Below are positions 63,282 through 64,000 of a stretch of 64,000 nucleotides of DNA, in pieces (positions within the stretch are counted from its first letter, which is position 1; each line of letters opens with the position of its first letter). Under the pieces are notes generated by a model that searched no databases, was not told the DNA's origin, and was given only the letters and a program-made list of their open reading frames with translations. The DNA is taken from NCBI GenBank assembly GCA_016928395.1, contig JAFGKV010000147.1, positions 82,977 to 146,976 on the forward strand, given 5' to 3'. This DNA is from Candidatus Fermentibacterota bacterium. Lineage in GTDB: Bacteria; JAFGKV01. A program made the position numbers and the translations under genes.

Positions 63282-64000
63282 TCACTCCTCTTCGGCAGCC
63301 TTCACATCCTCTTCCGCGATGTCACAGTTGGCCCAGAGCTTCTGGACATCATCCTGATCCTCCAGATGCCCGATCAGTTTGAGGAGCTGGGCCGCCTCCT
63401 TGCCGGTTACCGGTACATAGTTTTTGGGCACCTTGGCAACCTCCGCGGTGGCACACTCGATACCCACGGCCTCCAACGATGCTTTGACGGCATCTAGAGA
63501 GCTGGGCTCGGTGGTGATCAGGAACGATCCCTCGTCGGGCTGGAGGTCATCCGCGCCTGCCACGAGTACCCGCTCCATTAGCTCGTCTTCCGACCACTTC
63601 TCACCGTCCACGGTAATCAGGCCGCGGGTCTCAAACATCCATGCGACGCTGCCCACATCTGCCAGGCGGCCGCCGTGTTTGCTCAGGATGTGACGAATCT
63701 CCGCCACGGTACGGTTTCGATTGTCGGATAGGGTCTCAACGAGTATTGCGGCGCCGCCGGGACCGTATACTTCGTAGGTGGTCTCCTCGTAGGTGACTCC
63801 AGGCAGATCGCCGGTGCCTTTCTTGATGGCACGATCGACATTGTCCCACGGCATGTTGGCTGCCTTGGCGGCCAGCACCGCAGTGCGCAGCCGTGGATTG
63901 TTCGCCTGGTCGCCTCCACCCATGCGGGCGGCGGTGCTGATTTCACGGATAAGTCTGGTGAAGACCTTGCCGCGTTGGGCATCCTGCGCGGCCTTCTTGT
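63282..64000 (-). CDS. YebC/PmpR-family transcriptional regulator (N-terminus beyond window end)
   Basis: GGGDQANNPRLRTAVLAAKAANMPWDNVDRAIKKG corresponds to residues ~55-90 of YebC, so the gene continues past nt 64000. Confidence 0.8.
   Translation of the reverse strand, partial: KKAAQDAQRGKVFTRLIREISTAARMGGGDQANNPRLRTAVLAAKAANMPWDNVDRAIKKGTGDLPGVTYEETTYEVYGPGGAAILVETLSDNRNRTVAEIRHILSKHGGRLADVGSVAWMFETRGLITVDGEKWSEDELMERVLVAGADDLQPDEGSFLITTEPSSLDAVKASLEAVGIECATAEVAKVPKNYVPVTGKEAAQLLKLIGHLEDQDDVQKLWANCDIAEEDVKAAEEE

Noticed and set aside
1-64000. CRISPR arrays, IS/transposase genes, integrases, rRNA genes
   Set aside because: No regularly spaced direct repeats, no transposase/integrase-like ORFs and no rRNA-like conserved stretches were seen on either strand.

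Overview
This window is high-GC (~65%) bacterial chromosomal DNA that looks like core genome. I see no IS elements, CRISPR arrays, rRNA or convincing tRNA genes.

Gene content, 5' to 3':
- 1-3.3 kb: the 3' end of a family-1 glycosyltransferase, translationally coupled to an ABC transporter (ATPase, ABC-2 permease, ATPase), then a small proline-rich membrane protein.
- 3.3-4.0 kb: a hairpin-rich convergent gap.
- 4.0-14.5 kb: a minus-strand cell-envelope cluster. It holds a GT4 glycosyltransferase, a TPR + SLH lipoprotein, a FlgT-like protein, two LPP20/FlgP-like paralogs (one 856 aa with a ~90-aa x3 coiled-coil repeat), a TPR protein, an AmiC-type amidase, and a TPR + PG-binding + CsgG/FlgO-like protein.
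- 14.8-20.7 kb: ptsN-like EIIA; a minus-strand cluster running 4Fe-4S ferredoxin, a degenerate SpeH-like protein, cyanophycin synthetase, then a 613-aa unknown; metG; hypF.
- 26.0-28.4 kb: an unannotated FmdB zinc-ribbon ORF; a secreted GATase1-like/FN3 protein interrupted by a single in-frame TGA that is followed by a SECIS-like hairpin; an orphan ParA-like ATPase.
- 28.9-40.1 kb: a TetR-TolC-MFP-RND efflux operon and a sugar ABC importer.
- 40.6-49.7 kb: pmbA/tldD, a GT39 membrane glycosyltransferase, a lipoprotein, a GH44 hydrolase.
- 49.8-64.0 kb: an MrfA/MrfB-like helicase-exonuclease pair, an SLC12-like transporter, and housekeeping genes rpe, a PASTA protein, fmt, def, yajC, tgt, ruvBAC and yebC (runs off the window).

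The best candidate for an undescribed system is the 5.2-14.5 kb envelope cluster: it encodes the FlgO/FlgP/FlgT domain triad of flagellar outer-membrane ring/disk proteins, together with SLH, peptidoglycan-binding, TPR, amidase and a long coiled-coil spacer, and no flagellar genes are present. A non-flagellar envelope ring/tether is plausible.

The ORF track calls TTG/GTG starts as M. Many long ORFs antisense to real genes are high-GC artefacts.
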